This document shows positions 21,386 through 33,867 of a stretch of DNA of 64,000 nt, piece by piece (positions within the stretch are counted from its first letter, which is position 1; each line of letters begins with the position of its first letter). The stretch spans positions 51,894,001-51,958,000 of the forward strand of contig OZ024750.1 of assembly GCA_964016885.1 (NCBI GenBank), read 5' to 3'. The notes under the pieces were generated by a model that saw nothing but the letters and a program-made list of their open reading frames with translations, had not been told where the DNA came from and did no database searches. The translations under genes and the position numbers were made by a program. Origin of the DNA: Eledone cirrhosa (taxonomy: Eukaryota).

Positions 21386-21944
21386 AAGAATTGGTGGGAG
21401 CATCAACCACCTTCCATACTTGAAAAAGATCACATCTCAATCTTGTGGAACTGTAGCATCCAAACAGACCGAAAAATAGATGCAAATAGACCTGATATAA
21501 TATTGAAGGACTTTCAAAAGAGGGTATGCCTGCTAATTGATGTCTGTTCCAATAGACAAGAATGTATCTATAAAAACATTTGAAAAATTGAGCAAGTATA
21601 AGGACCTGGAGATAGAAATTGGAAAAATGTGGAAATTGAGAACTAAAACAATACCAGTGGTTGTAGGCGCTCTGGGAATGATACCTAAGGGGTCTAATGA
21701 TTACTTATCGCAGATCCCAGGAAACCCGCGTATAGGAGAAATACAAAAGATAGTACTAATGGGAACTGCCCATATACTAAGGAAGATTCTGTCAATATAA
21801 GTACATCACAAGTCTAAACACTAAAGATGCATGCGTGAGTATGTATGTTCTTCCTTGAACATGGCGGACCTTGTTGTCTCTTGAGGTCACTGGTTGTGAC
21901 TTGGTGATAACTCGTATGAACATAAAGCAAGATAAATGCAACTG
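21386..21944 (+). mobile_element. R4/Dong-type LINE 3' fragment (different family) between (AAT)n tracts
   Basis: WWEHQP, ILWN, NRPDII, EKLSKYKDL and PVVVGALG; begins in the tail of the previous element. Confidence 0.88.
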
Positions 21945-21963
21945 TAATAATAATAATAATAAT

Positions 21964-24900
21964 GATTTCTTTATTAACCACAAGGGTTTACATAAAGTAG
22001 ACATTAAGGACAGTGCAGGACAATACAGGACGGTACAAATGGGCATTTCTGCGTGTAAAAAACAAAAACAGAGGATGTAACAAAAAATAACAATGAAAAA
22101 TTCCCCAATAGGGGGGAGACTTCGGAGGGACATTTGTGGAGAAAGCCCAGTAAAAGGCCACAGTGACCCTGACCACCAAGGCAAGTGCCCTCTCCCATTT
22201 TTCCATCTTTAATTTACAGATACATACTCGGAGTAGGCCCATTCACTCGGGCCATTCTTGCTTCTCTCACCCATCTTTCAACAAAATGCTGGGAAGAGAG
22301 CACTTCCCTCTCAACTCTGATTTTCCTTTTCAAATGAAATTTGAAAAAATCAATCAGGGCATCACCGAAGAGGTAAGTGCTCGTCTTCAGCCCTTTCAAA
22401 CGTGTCCACCATACGATCTCTTTCGCCATGGCCACCAGACAGATAAAAACTGCCTGCCCTTCCCGGCTAAAGGAAGATGGCGGGGCAATCCTCACAATGG
22501 ACTCGGACATGCCCGGCTGACGGCACCTCCATGCCTGTAGAGTTTATCCCGAACTGGCAAAGCTCCTCTGTAGCACTGCCAGGCCAGGGATTTCTGGAAG
22601 TTGTCCATAGGCCCCGGCCCGAAAGTCCGTCCGAAGAGATTGGCTAGTTGATTTTCGTCGACGCCTAGAGTTTCTCCAAGTACGTCGTCGCTCTTCCCCT
22701 CCACTAATCCTCTATAGAACGCCAAGGTGGAGTTTCCACCGATCACATTGCCCGATTGGTCGAGGGCTGTGAGCGCCTGAAGACATTCCAGTCTCCAAAC
22801 GCTCCCTCTCGGTCTTCGCTTGACGCAGGACTGCAGCTCCGTCAAGGAGACGAACTGGGGAAAGACGTGTCTAGCAAACGGCGACCACACCTGATCACCG
22901 TTGAGGAAGAGGTGGAGATGTCGTAGCCTGAGCGCGTGTCTGCGCATCATCAGCTACGGCACTCGCAGCCCTCCACGTAGCGGGTGTTGACCGCAGATGG
23001 ACCGCCTGACCATCAGAGCGCGTCCCTTCCACAAAAAGCGAAAGAGCAAACGCTCCAGCGCAGTTAGGAGGGGCTTAGGACAAGGTACGACGGTCAGGCG
23101 GTCAAAGATGATGGACGCGATATACGCGTTAGCCACCTCCGCTCGACCTTTCAGGGATAGCTTCCTCTCCGCCCATTTCTGGGTGAGAAAGGCCACCCTG
23201 CTCGTCACCTCGTCCCAGTTCTTGTCCGTCTGGAGGTCCGGACCGAACCAGACCCCTAGCAATTTAACCGGTCCGTCCGTCCAGCGCCCGACGACGCTGT
23301 TGGGCGGCATGGACCTGCCTCTACAGGTGCCGAGCTGCAGGCCCACTGACTTTTCCTGGTTGATCATTGCTCCTGTCACCGCTTCGTATTCTCTTAGTGT
23401 AGTGCCGATCGCCTCGATGTGTTTGGCGTTCGACACCACTACGGTGACATCGTCCGCATATGCTGACACGGATCTTCCGCATCCTAGTTCGCGCGTCTCT
23501 AGTTCGCGCGTCTCTAGTTTGTGCAGTAATGGTTCGAGAGTCAATACGTACAAGAGGGACGAGAGGGGACATCCTTGGCGGACCGAGCGCATGATGTTAA
23601 ACGGTTCCGAAAGGTGACCGTTCACTCTCACCACAGAGCAGATGTCGCTGTGCATGGCAGCGAGACAGCCTCTGAAGACGGGCCCAAAGCCAGCCGCCCT
23701 CAGGACTGCCACTAGGTAGCGATGGTCGACCCTATCGAAAGCTTTCGCCTGATCTAAATTGATCAAAGACCCACCCATGCCAGGTTCCCTAGCTACCCTC
23801 TCTACGATGTATCGCATGAGGTGGAGGTTGTCGTCGATGGATCTGTCGGGAATGGCGCATGTCTGCGCCTCTCCCACCAGACCACCAACGACAAGCGCCA
23901 ACCTCTTTACTAGCACCTTGGCCAAAATCCTGAACTCTGTGTTTAGCAGAGTTATGGGCCGGAAATTGTCTATGTTATCCCCCTTGTTCGGATCCTTTCT
24001 CAGCAGTGCCACAGCTCCTCGGCTCACAGAGCTGGGAGTTCTCCCGTTCTGTTGCCAGTTGCAGTAGACGTCCGCCAAGAGGCCTCCGAAAAAGTTATGG
24101 CATCTGTACGTAAAGTTCATAGGGCAGACCATCTAAACCAGGCGATTTACCCCTTGTGCAGCCAGTCATTGCATCCCGTACTTCAGCGGCTGTTATCGGC
24201 TTTTCGCAACACTCCGACTCAGTGGCCGAGAGCCGCGGCAGTCCGTCGAGGTAGACACTAAAGTCCATCCCTCGACCCGGCCCACCGCTGCCCCCGAACA
24301 ACTGAGCGAAGTGTCGCTGAAAAGCTTCACACATTTGCCCGGGATCGAGTAGCATGCGCCCGTCGTGGTCCACCAAAGACCGGATCGTGGCTTTGTTGCC
24401 ACGACGCGCCTCCGCCACTCGGGTCATTGAACGGCTTTCGTCCCCTCGTGTCTGAGAGCACGCACCCTAGCTCTGACAACGCAGCCTTCTTGCTTTGCAT
24501 TGAAGAATTGGTCAAGGGCCAATTTCGCCGCAAGCACGTCGGTCGCAATGCCTTTGCTAAGCGCCTCGTCTAATTTTCTAACTAGTTCTCCCTCTGCTCT
24601 ATTTTTCTCTATTGCTAAAGCCTTACTAAACCTAATGGACTCTATTCTAATCGCTCTTTTCAGAGCAAACCACCATTTGTTGTTGACGATGGCCCCCGTC
24701 AACGCCCGCTTAACTAGTTCGCTAATCCGGTCTCTGTAGGCCTTGCGCGCTGGTAAGGACGCGTTTAGCTTCCAGTAGCCGGGTCCTCGTCTATGAAGCC
24801 TATCTAAGTCAAGCACACAGATCACGAATGTGTGGTCCGCGTAGCTGACTATCTTGAATTGCGGACAGCCTATGCTAGATGAATCTATTTCCCTACAAAA

Positions 24901-26857
24901 TAGTCTATCTAGATATGATCTGGATGACCCGATACGATTTGTCCAAGTCCACATTGGCACATTCGGGAAATCCAATCGGTACCTGTCAGACAGTTCAAAA
25001 CGCCTGAGCAGGTTGGTGAGGCTCTTGCACCCTCCTCCCCTATCCGCTAATCCCACACAATCCCAGTGTGCATCTAAGATCCCGTTCCAGTCGCCCACTA
25101 ACACTAAAGAGCGGGACGTTCCAAGAAAGGTCTCCAGACGCCGGAAGAAATCAGGCCGCCCTGCTCCTGTTGGGGCATAGACGGTCACTAGGCTGAAAGC
25201 TTGCCCGTCTCGGCTGGTCACGTCCAGCACCACCAACTTACCTTCTGGGTCCAGGAAGATGGCTCGTATGGCGAGATCCAAACCTCTCCGAAAAAGCACA
25301 GCAACTCGTTCCCCGGGAGATTCGTACACATCGTAGCCGCTGAAGATCGGTGCGAAGGCCCGTGCTTCGGAGATTCTGGTCTCGCTGATGGCCATTACAT
25401 CTATGTTTAATGACCTGAGGTCGTTGAGCAGGTGGCCCTGCTTCCATGACGACCCCAAGCCACGCGCATTTATGCTGCCTATTCGAGTGAGGTCATGTTG
25501 AAATGGAGTGGAAAAGATGGGAAAGATCACTTACCTTACTTTTCGTAGAGGACGGATGGTTTCTCAATCCCTTTTTACTTGATCGTCTTGTGAAGGAACC
25601 GTTGTATCGTCCCTTCGGCTGGTCGTCGGCTCTTCTATGAGTATGTCCGAATATACTCTCCGGTTGAGAGTCCCTCCTAGGTCTCTGAAATCACCAACTG
25701 CGTTGTGGAATTTCGTTTTAATGTTTGTGTATTGTTTCTGTGCTATTCTTACCAGTCTTATATTCGTTGGTGTTTTGATTGGTGCTGGTATAATGTAGTC
25801 GTGCTGTGAAATGTCTGTGTGTTCAATTATGTAAGTCATTAGTTTCTTGTTGTGTGTATTTATTGCCGTGCATTTGTTTTTCTGGGAGTGGGGTGTGGTT
25901 CTGCTATTTTCTTGTCGTAGTTGCTGGGTGTGTGTGTTTTGTTGTTGTGTTTGCGATGTTGGTGCTTATGGTGGTGGTGTTGAAGGTGTTGTTGTTGTTG
26001 GCGGTGGGGTTGTCGCCGATGTTGATGGTGGTGCTAGTGTGGGTGATGATGGTGTTGGTGGTGTTGCTGCTGTGAGTCTCTTTGCAGTAGCCTTTACCCT
26101 TTTTTCATTTCTATCCTCCCTTTTCGAAGGCGACGATGCGCTGCTTCTGCGTTTGTGCCTTCTTGCGACCTTTTGCCATCCCTCTCCCACCTCACACTCC
26201 ATGTATGATTCTGTGAGGTCGGGGAGGGGTACCAGCTCCACTCTTTCACTTGTTGTTGTTGGTGATATTTGCAGTGGAGTCTCTGTTGCAGCTGCAGTTG
26301 GTATTACTGTTGTTGTTGTTAATACTTCCACTGCTGCTGCTGTTCTTGATTTCCGTGGCGTGGGTATGGGTGCCACGGACCTATCGTTCCTGGTTGCCGC
26401 TTGTCCTGTTGCTGGTAGCAGTGGAGCCGGTTTCGGAAGGAGGGGGCTTTCTCCTTTCTCAGGGTCTTCTCGTTGCAGAAGGCCCTGAGGTGAGTCTTCG
26501 ATCCACAGCGAAAGCATTTCGGGCGTTTGCCCTCAACACTTATGGTCAGTTGAGTGCCGTTATCGAAGTCTATCACATCCAGGATAGCTTCGATGCACTC
26601 CTGGTTGGTTTGGATTAACATCTCAATGGAGGTGCCGACCCAATCTTCTCTTACTTTTTTCTGTACTTGCAGTACAGTTGTTTTGTCCTCGATTCCGACG
26701 AGGACAGACGCGGCCAGCCAAGAAGGGGCCATCCCGGGGGGACGTGGGTCAGTTTGACCCTCACAATTTTTTGCCCGCACTAGGAGGGCACCAACACCAT
26801 TTCCTCGGTCCTTAGAGTCACTAAGGATTGAGCCTTTGCCTCCTGGGGTGTGACAAA
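21964..26857 (-). mobile_element. Tx1-clade LINE family B, copy B1 (decayed, 5' part of ORF1 missing), (ATT)n tail
   Basis: Fragmented ORF2 (22214-25530) with APE and RT motifs; ORF1 remnants with CFRCGSKTHLRAFC; AATAAAGAAATC(ATT)n terminus. Confidence 0.9.
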
Positions 26858-29800
26858 ATCTCTTTTGCCATGGCCACCAGACAGATAAAAACTGCCTGCC
26901 CTTCCCGGCTAAAGGAGGAGGGCGGGGCAATCCTCACGATGGACTCAGATGATAGCCGGATCCGTCCTAAACGCAACAGCAGGTGTTCGACATAAATCCG
27001 CAAGTCAGCAATTTTCGGACACTGGACGAGTGCGTGCAGGACGGTTTCGTCGCCATGCGCGCATCTCGGACATGCCCGGCTGACGGCACCTCCATGCCTG
27101 TAGAGTTTATCCCGAACTGGCAAGGCTCCTCGGTAGCACTGCCAGGCCAGAGATTTCTGGAAGTTGTCCATAGGCCCCGGCCCGAAAGTTCTTCCGAAGA
27201 GATTGGCTAGTTGATTTTCGTCGACGCCTAGAGTTTCCCCAAGTACGTCGTCGCTCTTCCCCTCCACTAATCCTCTATAGAACGCCGAGGTGGAGTTTCC
27301 ACCGATCACATTGCCCGATTGGTCGAGGGCTGTGAGCGCCTGAAGACATTCCAGTCTCCAGGCGCTCCCTCTCGGTCTTCGCTTGACCCAGGACTGCAGC
27401 TCCGTCAAGGAAACGAGCTGAGGAAATACGTGTCTAGCAAACGGCGACCACACCTGATCACCGTCGAGGAAGAGCTGGAGATGTCGTAGCCTGAGTGCGT
27501 GCCTGCGCATCATCAGCCACGGCATGCCCAGCCCTCCACGTAGCCGGTGTTGACAACAGATGGACCTCCTTAGGACAAGGTACGACGGTCAGGCGGTATC
27601 AGATGACAGACGCGATGTACGCGTTAGCCACCTCCGCTCGACCTTTCAGGGATAGCTTCGTCTCCGCCCATTTCTGGGTGAGAGAAGCCACCCTGCTCGT
27701 CACCTCGTCCCAGTTTTTGTCCGTCTGGAGGTCCGGACCGAACCAGACCCCTAGCAATTTAACCGGTCCGTCCGTCCAGCGTCCGACGACGCTGTTGGTA
27801 ACGATGGTCGACCCTATCGAAAGCTTTCGACTGATCTAAATTGATCAAGGACCCACCCGTGCCAGGTTCCCTAACTACCCTCTCTACGATGTATCGCATG
27901 AGGTGGAGGTTGTCGTGGATGAATCTGTCGGGAATGGCGCATGTTTGCGCCTCTCTCACCAGACCACCAACGACAAGCGCCAACCTCTTTGCTAACACCT
28001 TGGCCAAAATCTTGAACTCTGTGTTTAGCAGAGTTATGGGCCTAAAATTATTTATGTTATCCCTCTTGTTTGGATCCTTTCTCAGCAGCGCCACCGCTCC
28101 TCGGCACACAGAGCTGGAAATTCTCCCGTTCTGTTGCCAGTTGCAGTAGACGTCCGCCAAGAAGCCTCCGAACAAGTCTGGCATTTGTACGTAAAGTTCA
28201 TAGGGCAGACCATCCAAACCAGATGATTCACCCCTTGTGCAGTCAGTCATTGCCTCCCGTACTTCAGCGGCTGTTATCGGCTTTTCGCAACACTCTGCCT
28301 CAGTGGCCGAGAGCCGCGGCAGTCCGTCGAGGTATACACTAAAGTCCATCCCTCGATCCGGCCCGCCGCTGCCCCCAAACAGTTGAGCGAAGTGTCGCTG
28401 AAAAGCTTCACACATTTGCCCGGGATCGAGTAGCATGCGCCCGTCGTGGTCCACCAAAGACCGGATTGTGGCTTTGTTGCCACGCCGCGCCTCCGCCACT
28501 CGGGACCATTGAACGGTTTTGAGCACGCACCCTAGCTCTGACAACGCAGCCTTCTTGCTTTGCATTGAAGAATTGGTCAAGGGCCAATTTCGCCGCAAGT
28601 ACCTCGGTTGCGATGCCTTTGCTAAGCGCCTCGTCTAATTTTCTAACTAATTCTCCCTCTGCTCTATTTTTCTCTATTGCTAAAGCCTTACTAAACCTAA
28701 TGGACTCTATTCTAATTGCTCTTTTCAGAGCAAACCACCACTTGTTGTTGACGATGGCCCCCGTCAACGCCCGCTTAACTAGGTCTCTGTAGGCCTTGCG
28801 CGCTGGTAAGGACGCGTTTAGCTTCCAGTAGCCGGGTCCTCGTCTATGAAGCCTATCTAAGTCAAGCAAACAGATCACGAATTTGTGGTCCGTGTAGATG
28901 ACTATCTTGAATTGTGGACAGCCTATGCTCGACCTATCTATTTCCCTACAAAATACTCTATCTAGATATGATCTGGATGACCCGATACGATTTGTCCAAG
29001 TCCACATTGGCACATTCGGGAAATCCAATCGGTATCTATCAGACAGTTCAAAACGCCTGAGCAGGTTGGTGAGGCTCTTGCACCCTCCTCCCCTATCCGC
29101 TAATCCCACACATTCCCAGCGTGCATCTAAGATCGCGTTCCAGTCGCCCACTAACACTAAAGAGCGGGACGTTCCAAGAAAGGTCTCCAGACGCCGGAAG
29201 AAATCAGGCCGCCCTGCTCCTGACAGGGCATAGACGGCCACTAGCCTGAAAGCTTGCTCTGCTCCGCTGGTCACGTCTAACACCACCAACTTACCTTCGG
29301 GGTCCAGGAAGATGGCCCGTATGCCGAGATCCAAACCTCTCCGAAAAAGCACAGCAACTCCTCCCCCGATCCCGGACGGCTGGGAGATGCGTACACATCG
29401 TAGCCGCCTAAGATCGGTGCGAAGGCCCGTGCTTCGGAGAATCTGGTCTCCCTGATGACCACTACATCTATGTTTAGTGACCTGAAGTCGTTGAGTAGGT
29501 GGCCCTGCTTCCATGACGACCCCAAGCCACGCGCATTTATGCTGCCTATTCTGAGTGAGGTCATGTTGAAATGGAGTGGAAAAGATGGGAAAGACCACTT
29601 ACCTTACTTCTCGTAGAGGAAGGATGGTTTGTCCATCCTTTTCACTGCTTGTGGCCTCCTCCGGAAGGATGTCCTTATAAATCCTCCTGGAGAGTGCTTG
29701 TCGGAAGTCTCTGATGTCTTTGGGGAATTTTTGTTTTAGTGTCGTGTACGTTTTCTGTGTGATGCGAGTGATTTGTATGTGTGGAGGTGGTGTCAACTTT

Positions 29801-31744
29801 TGGCTTGTTGTGTAGTCTTTTTCTGTGATGCTGGTGTTGTGTTGGATGTAGAGTAATAATTGGTTGTTGTTCAAATGTAATGCTGTGTAGTGTGTATCGT
29901 TTTGGTTGTTTTGGTTTGTTTGCGTCTGTTGTGGGTTTGTTTCTGTTTCGCTTTTTGGTGACTTTTGTGGTGTTGGTGATGGTGGTGTTGGGGTTAATGA
30001 TGGTGATGGTGTTGGTGTTGGTGGTCATGGGGTTGGTGATGCTGGTGTGGATGGTAGCATATCTGTCCTAACTTATTGTTTGATAATTTATTTGTTTCCC
30101 TCTATTTTGTTTTTGGAAGGGAAAGGAAGAGAATTTTTTCTTTTTGGGTTTATTTTTTTATTTTTTCCTGATACCGTTTCCCACTCCTCGTCGTCACAAT
30201 CTGTCTCCAGTTGCGATAAGCCGGAGAGTGGAAAATCCTCCACAGGCGTTGGTTTTGGTTGTGGCGTGGTGGATGGTGTAGGCGCTGGTGCTAGTTCTGG
30301 CGCGTTGGGTGGTGGTGGTGTTGGTTTTGCTACTGTTGCTGGGGATGTTGCTGTTACAGTTGCTTCTGTTGTTGCTGCTACAGTTGTTGCTGCCATTTCT
30401 GCTGCTGGTGGTGTTGATGGTTGAGTCACTGGGGTGGGTAAGAGAGGTGGCCTCAACCTTTTAGCCTGAGGGCAGAAAGCCCTTAGGTGGGTTCCTTCAC
30501 CACAAACGACACACCTAGGTCTTCTGCCCTCGACGATTACGGTGAGGTGGCTGCCGTCAGTGAGGTCTATTACCTCTGGGATCTCCTCAATGCTTTTATG
30601 GTCCACTTGGATCAGGAGCTCCATCCCAGATCCGGACCAGTTCTCCTTCTTTTCTTTCGCTATTTCGATTATCTTGGTGTTGGCGTCGATGCCGGCGAGG
30701 ACGGCAACCATTAGCCAGGGAATTTCGATGGCCGGTGGAACGTGGGTCACCCTGATCTTCACAAGTCTCTGGCCACAATAGCTTGGGACGAGTGTGAAGT
30801 CGTCACTTCTTAATGGGGCCATGGAGTGTTCTCTGGCCTCCTGTGGTGTTTCAAAGAACACGTCCACGGTTCCATACTTCTGCCCACGTCTGAATTGGTT
30901 TTTTTTTGCCCACACATGTCCCAAAGCTTTTTGGATTTGGGACTCGGATGCTCGTTCCACTCGGCGCGATTTTATGTTAATTGTCCGATAAGACGTTGCT
31001 CCATTTTATTAGGTGGGGGTGAGACTGACCCTGTACCCATCTTTCTTTACCATTCCTTTGGCTTCTTCTAATTCCTCCTGAGTTACCTGGATCACTTCGC
31101 ACGTTTTTGCTACTCTGGCAAAACTCAGAGTAGTTTTCTTAATTTCATTGTTGCTGTTGTTGTTATCGTTATTTTTGCTATTGTTAATTTTAGTTTCAGT
31201 TGTGGTGGTGGTGGCGTCAGTGGTGTTCGGTGGGGAAGAGTTCATTTTGGTTGAATTCATTTCGATATCACGAGTTAATTTATTTTTTCTTTTGTTTCTG
31301 TTGTCGCTGTGGGGGTGGTTCGGGTGGTGGTTGTCGCGGTGGTGGTGGTGGTGGCGGCTTTAACACCTGCAGTCATTGGTAATGACGGGAAATGAACGTC
31401 TGCCTGAGACAAATTTAAAATATTGCTACTGCTTACATTTCCAGTGTTGGCAAACGTAGCAATATTTACAATGGTGGTGTCGGTGTGAGGTGTTAGATTG
31501 TGAGGTAGGAGTGACTCTGAGTTATCCATGATTTTTCAAAGAAAAATTTTTGTTTGATAATTAGAAAAAGTTTAAATTTTGGGCTCAAGGCCCCAATATT
31601 TTTGTGTGTCCTTTTCAGAAATCAATGTATGTGCACTTATATACAGTTAACAATAAAAAATTTCCATAAATGGCAATTTTAAACAACTGAAAATAACAAG
31701 CCCTTGCGGAGCTCACGATGATACGATTTACTACATAGGTCGCC
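26858..31744 (-). mobile_element. Tx1-clade LINE family B, copy B2 (decayed, 3' end missing, 5' end abuts (AAT)n)
   Basis: ORF2 fragments 26858-29564; ORF1 fragments 29599-31529 with CVVCGEGTHLRAFC. Confidence 0.9.
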
Positions 31745-31765
31745 AATAATAATAATAATAATAAT

Positions 31766-31946
31766 TGTTTCTACTTTTTTGGCACAAGGCCAGCAATTAC
31801 CCAGTGCATTACTGGTACTTTATTTTATCGACCCCGTAAGGCTGAAAGGCAAAGTTAACCTCGGCGGGATTCGAACTCAGAATGGCAAGGACCGTAACTC
31901 CATGCGTCAAAGCATAGCGTCCGACCCTCTACCGATACTGCCAATC
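31766..31946 (-). mobile_element. SINE family 1
   Basis: A and B boxes on the minus strand; its tail is the (AAT)n at 31745-31765. Confidence 0.88.
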
Positions 31947-31959
31947 TACATATGCATAT

Positions 31960-33867
31960 TATTATGCATTAGGTAAGCCATCACAAGGCAGACACACTTT
32001 AAACTCCTACAAAATCTGGAAAACTCAGAATCAAGCTAGCAAACGTGATATGGATGGAAATAAGTTGGCAAATGTAAGGAGGTATATCTTCATAGATATA
32101 CCTCCTTAGACTCACAGACACTGAATTAACTGCGATCAAGCAGGCTGTGGAGAATGACATAAATATAAATGATGAAAGAACTGAAGAATCTCCTGGAGAT
32201 AGTAACCAGTCACAAGTCTTTACTGAAAGATCCCCATCTGACCAAATCACAAATAGGTTTGTAGAAATGAGAAGCCCTATTGAACCCGCTGAAAATAGCC
32301 AGGAGAGGGACTTAGAAACAGCAATTGAAAACCAAACATCTGCTGAAGAACACAGAGAGACTATGAAGGAATTAAAGCAAAAAATACTGAATGAGCTTGC
32401 AGTAGTAAGACATTCTAGTATAAATGATAGAGGACCACTTCAAAAACTCCCAAATACAATCCAAAATAGAAAACAAATAATGATTGGTAATTCTGTGACA
32501 AAAGAAATCATAGAAGAACTAGAACCTGATCTTACTGAGTTAAATGAAATCATTTATGCATCTGCTAGAGTAATTGAAACAAGTTGTTTACCACCAAAAA
32601 AACAAAAAAGGTCGAACCTTCGAGGTAAACCAATTTGGACGAGTAGAATCGAAAAGGAGATTGACATAATGAGAGGGGAAATATCTTTATTGAGTTAGTT
32701 AACCGCTGGAAATGATATAAGATCCAAGAAGGTAAGAAAGCTAAAGAGAAAATATGGACTGTCTTCTAGAGAAGCAATAGTTTCAACAAAAGAATCTCTG
32801 AAACAAAAAGTCCAAGTAAAAGCCCAACGAATTCGTAGATTCGAGAAGCGAAACAACTTCTACAGGCAAAATGAGTTGTTCTCATCCAATGCCAAGTCAT
32901 TTTATAGAGAAGTAGGGAAGAAAAAAATAATTATTGAACAAAAAGGGTGCCGACGAGGTTCATATGGTTGCAAAGATCAACTTTTGATTAATCGTATGAT
33001 GCTTGAGAACTGTCATAATAAACACAGAAATCTCAGTTCTGCATGGATCGATTATAAAAAGCCTTTGACAGCATACCACACTCATGGATTCTGAAATCAC
33101 TGGACATCTTCAAAGTGTCACAACAAAAAAATAAACCACCTATTTTATATGGATAATTTGAAGCTATATTTCAAAGATAATGACGAACTGGAAGACCTTT
33201 TGCGGACAGTAAAAACGTTTAGCGATGACATCAGGATGGAGTTTGGACTTGACAAGTGTGCAAAAGCCACTTTCAAGAAGGGGCAGCTTGTCAACTCAGA
33301 CTCAGTTGAATTGGATGCTGAAACAATCATAAAGGAACTTGAGCAGGAACAAACCTGGAAATACTTTGGGATTAATGAGGGCTCTGGCATGCAGCATGCA
33401 AGTATGAAAGAGAGGATAAGGAAAGAATGTTACAGGAGATCAGAACTAAACGCTCGTAACAACGTGCTAGCCATAAATTCCTTGGCAGTCCCAGTTGTCA
33501 CTTATAGCTTCGGTGTGTTGAACTGGAATATGAGTAAAATCAAAAGAATCGACACCAAAGTCCGTAAGCTACTGACCTGTAATAGGATGCACCACCCAAA
33601 AGCAGATGTGGATTGTCTTTACCTTCCTAGAACTCAAGGAGGCCGTGGCCTGATCCAATTTGAACTTGCTTACAAGACCACCATCATTGGACTGGCCAAA
33701 TACCTTGAAACAACTAACGACTGCATGCTGAAACTTGCTGAAAAGCATGAGAGAAGTAAGAAGCTTCATTCTATCTTGAAGGAGAGCAAAAAATATGCTA
33801 CTGATCTCATGCTTGATACTCAGGCTGGACAGACTAAAGAAACTGTTGCAACTGATGCTGTTAGGCA
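31960..33867 (+). mobile_element. Heavily deleted R4/Dong-type LINE
   Basis: EQKGCRRGSYGCKDQLLI, WIDYKK, MDNLKL, FGLDKCA and GGRGL fragments. Confidence 0.82.
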
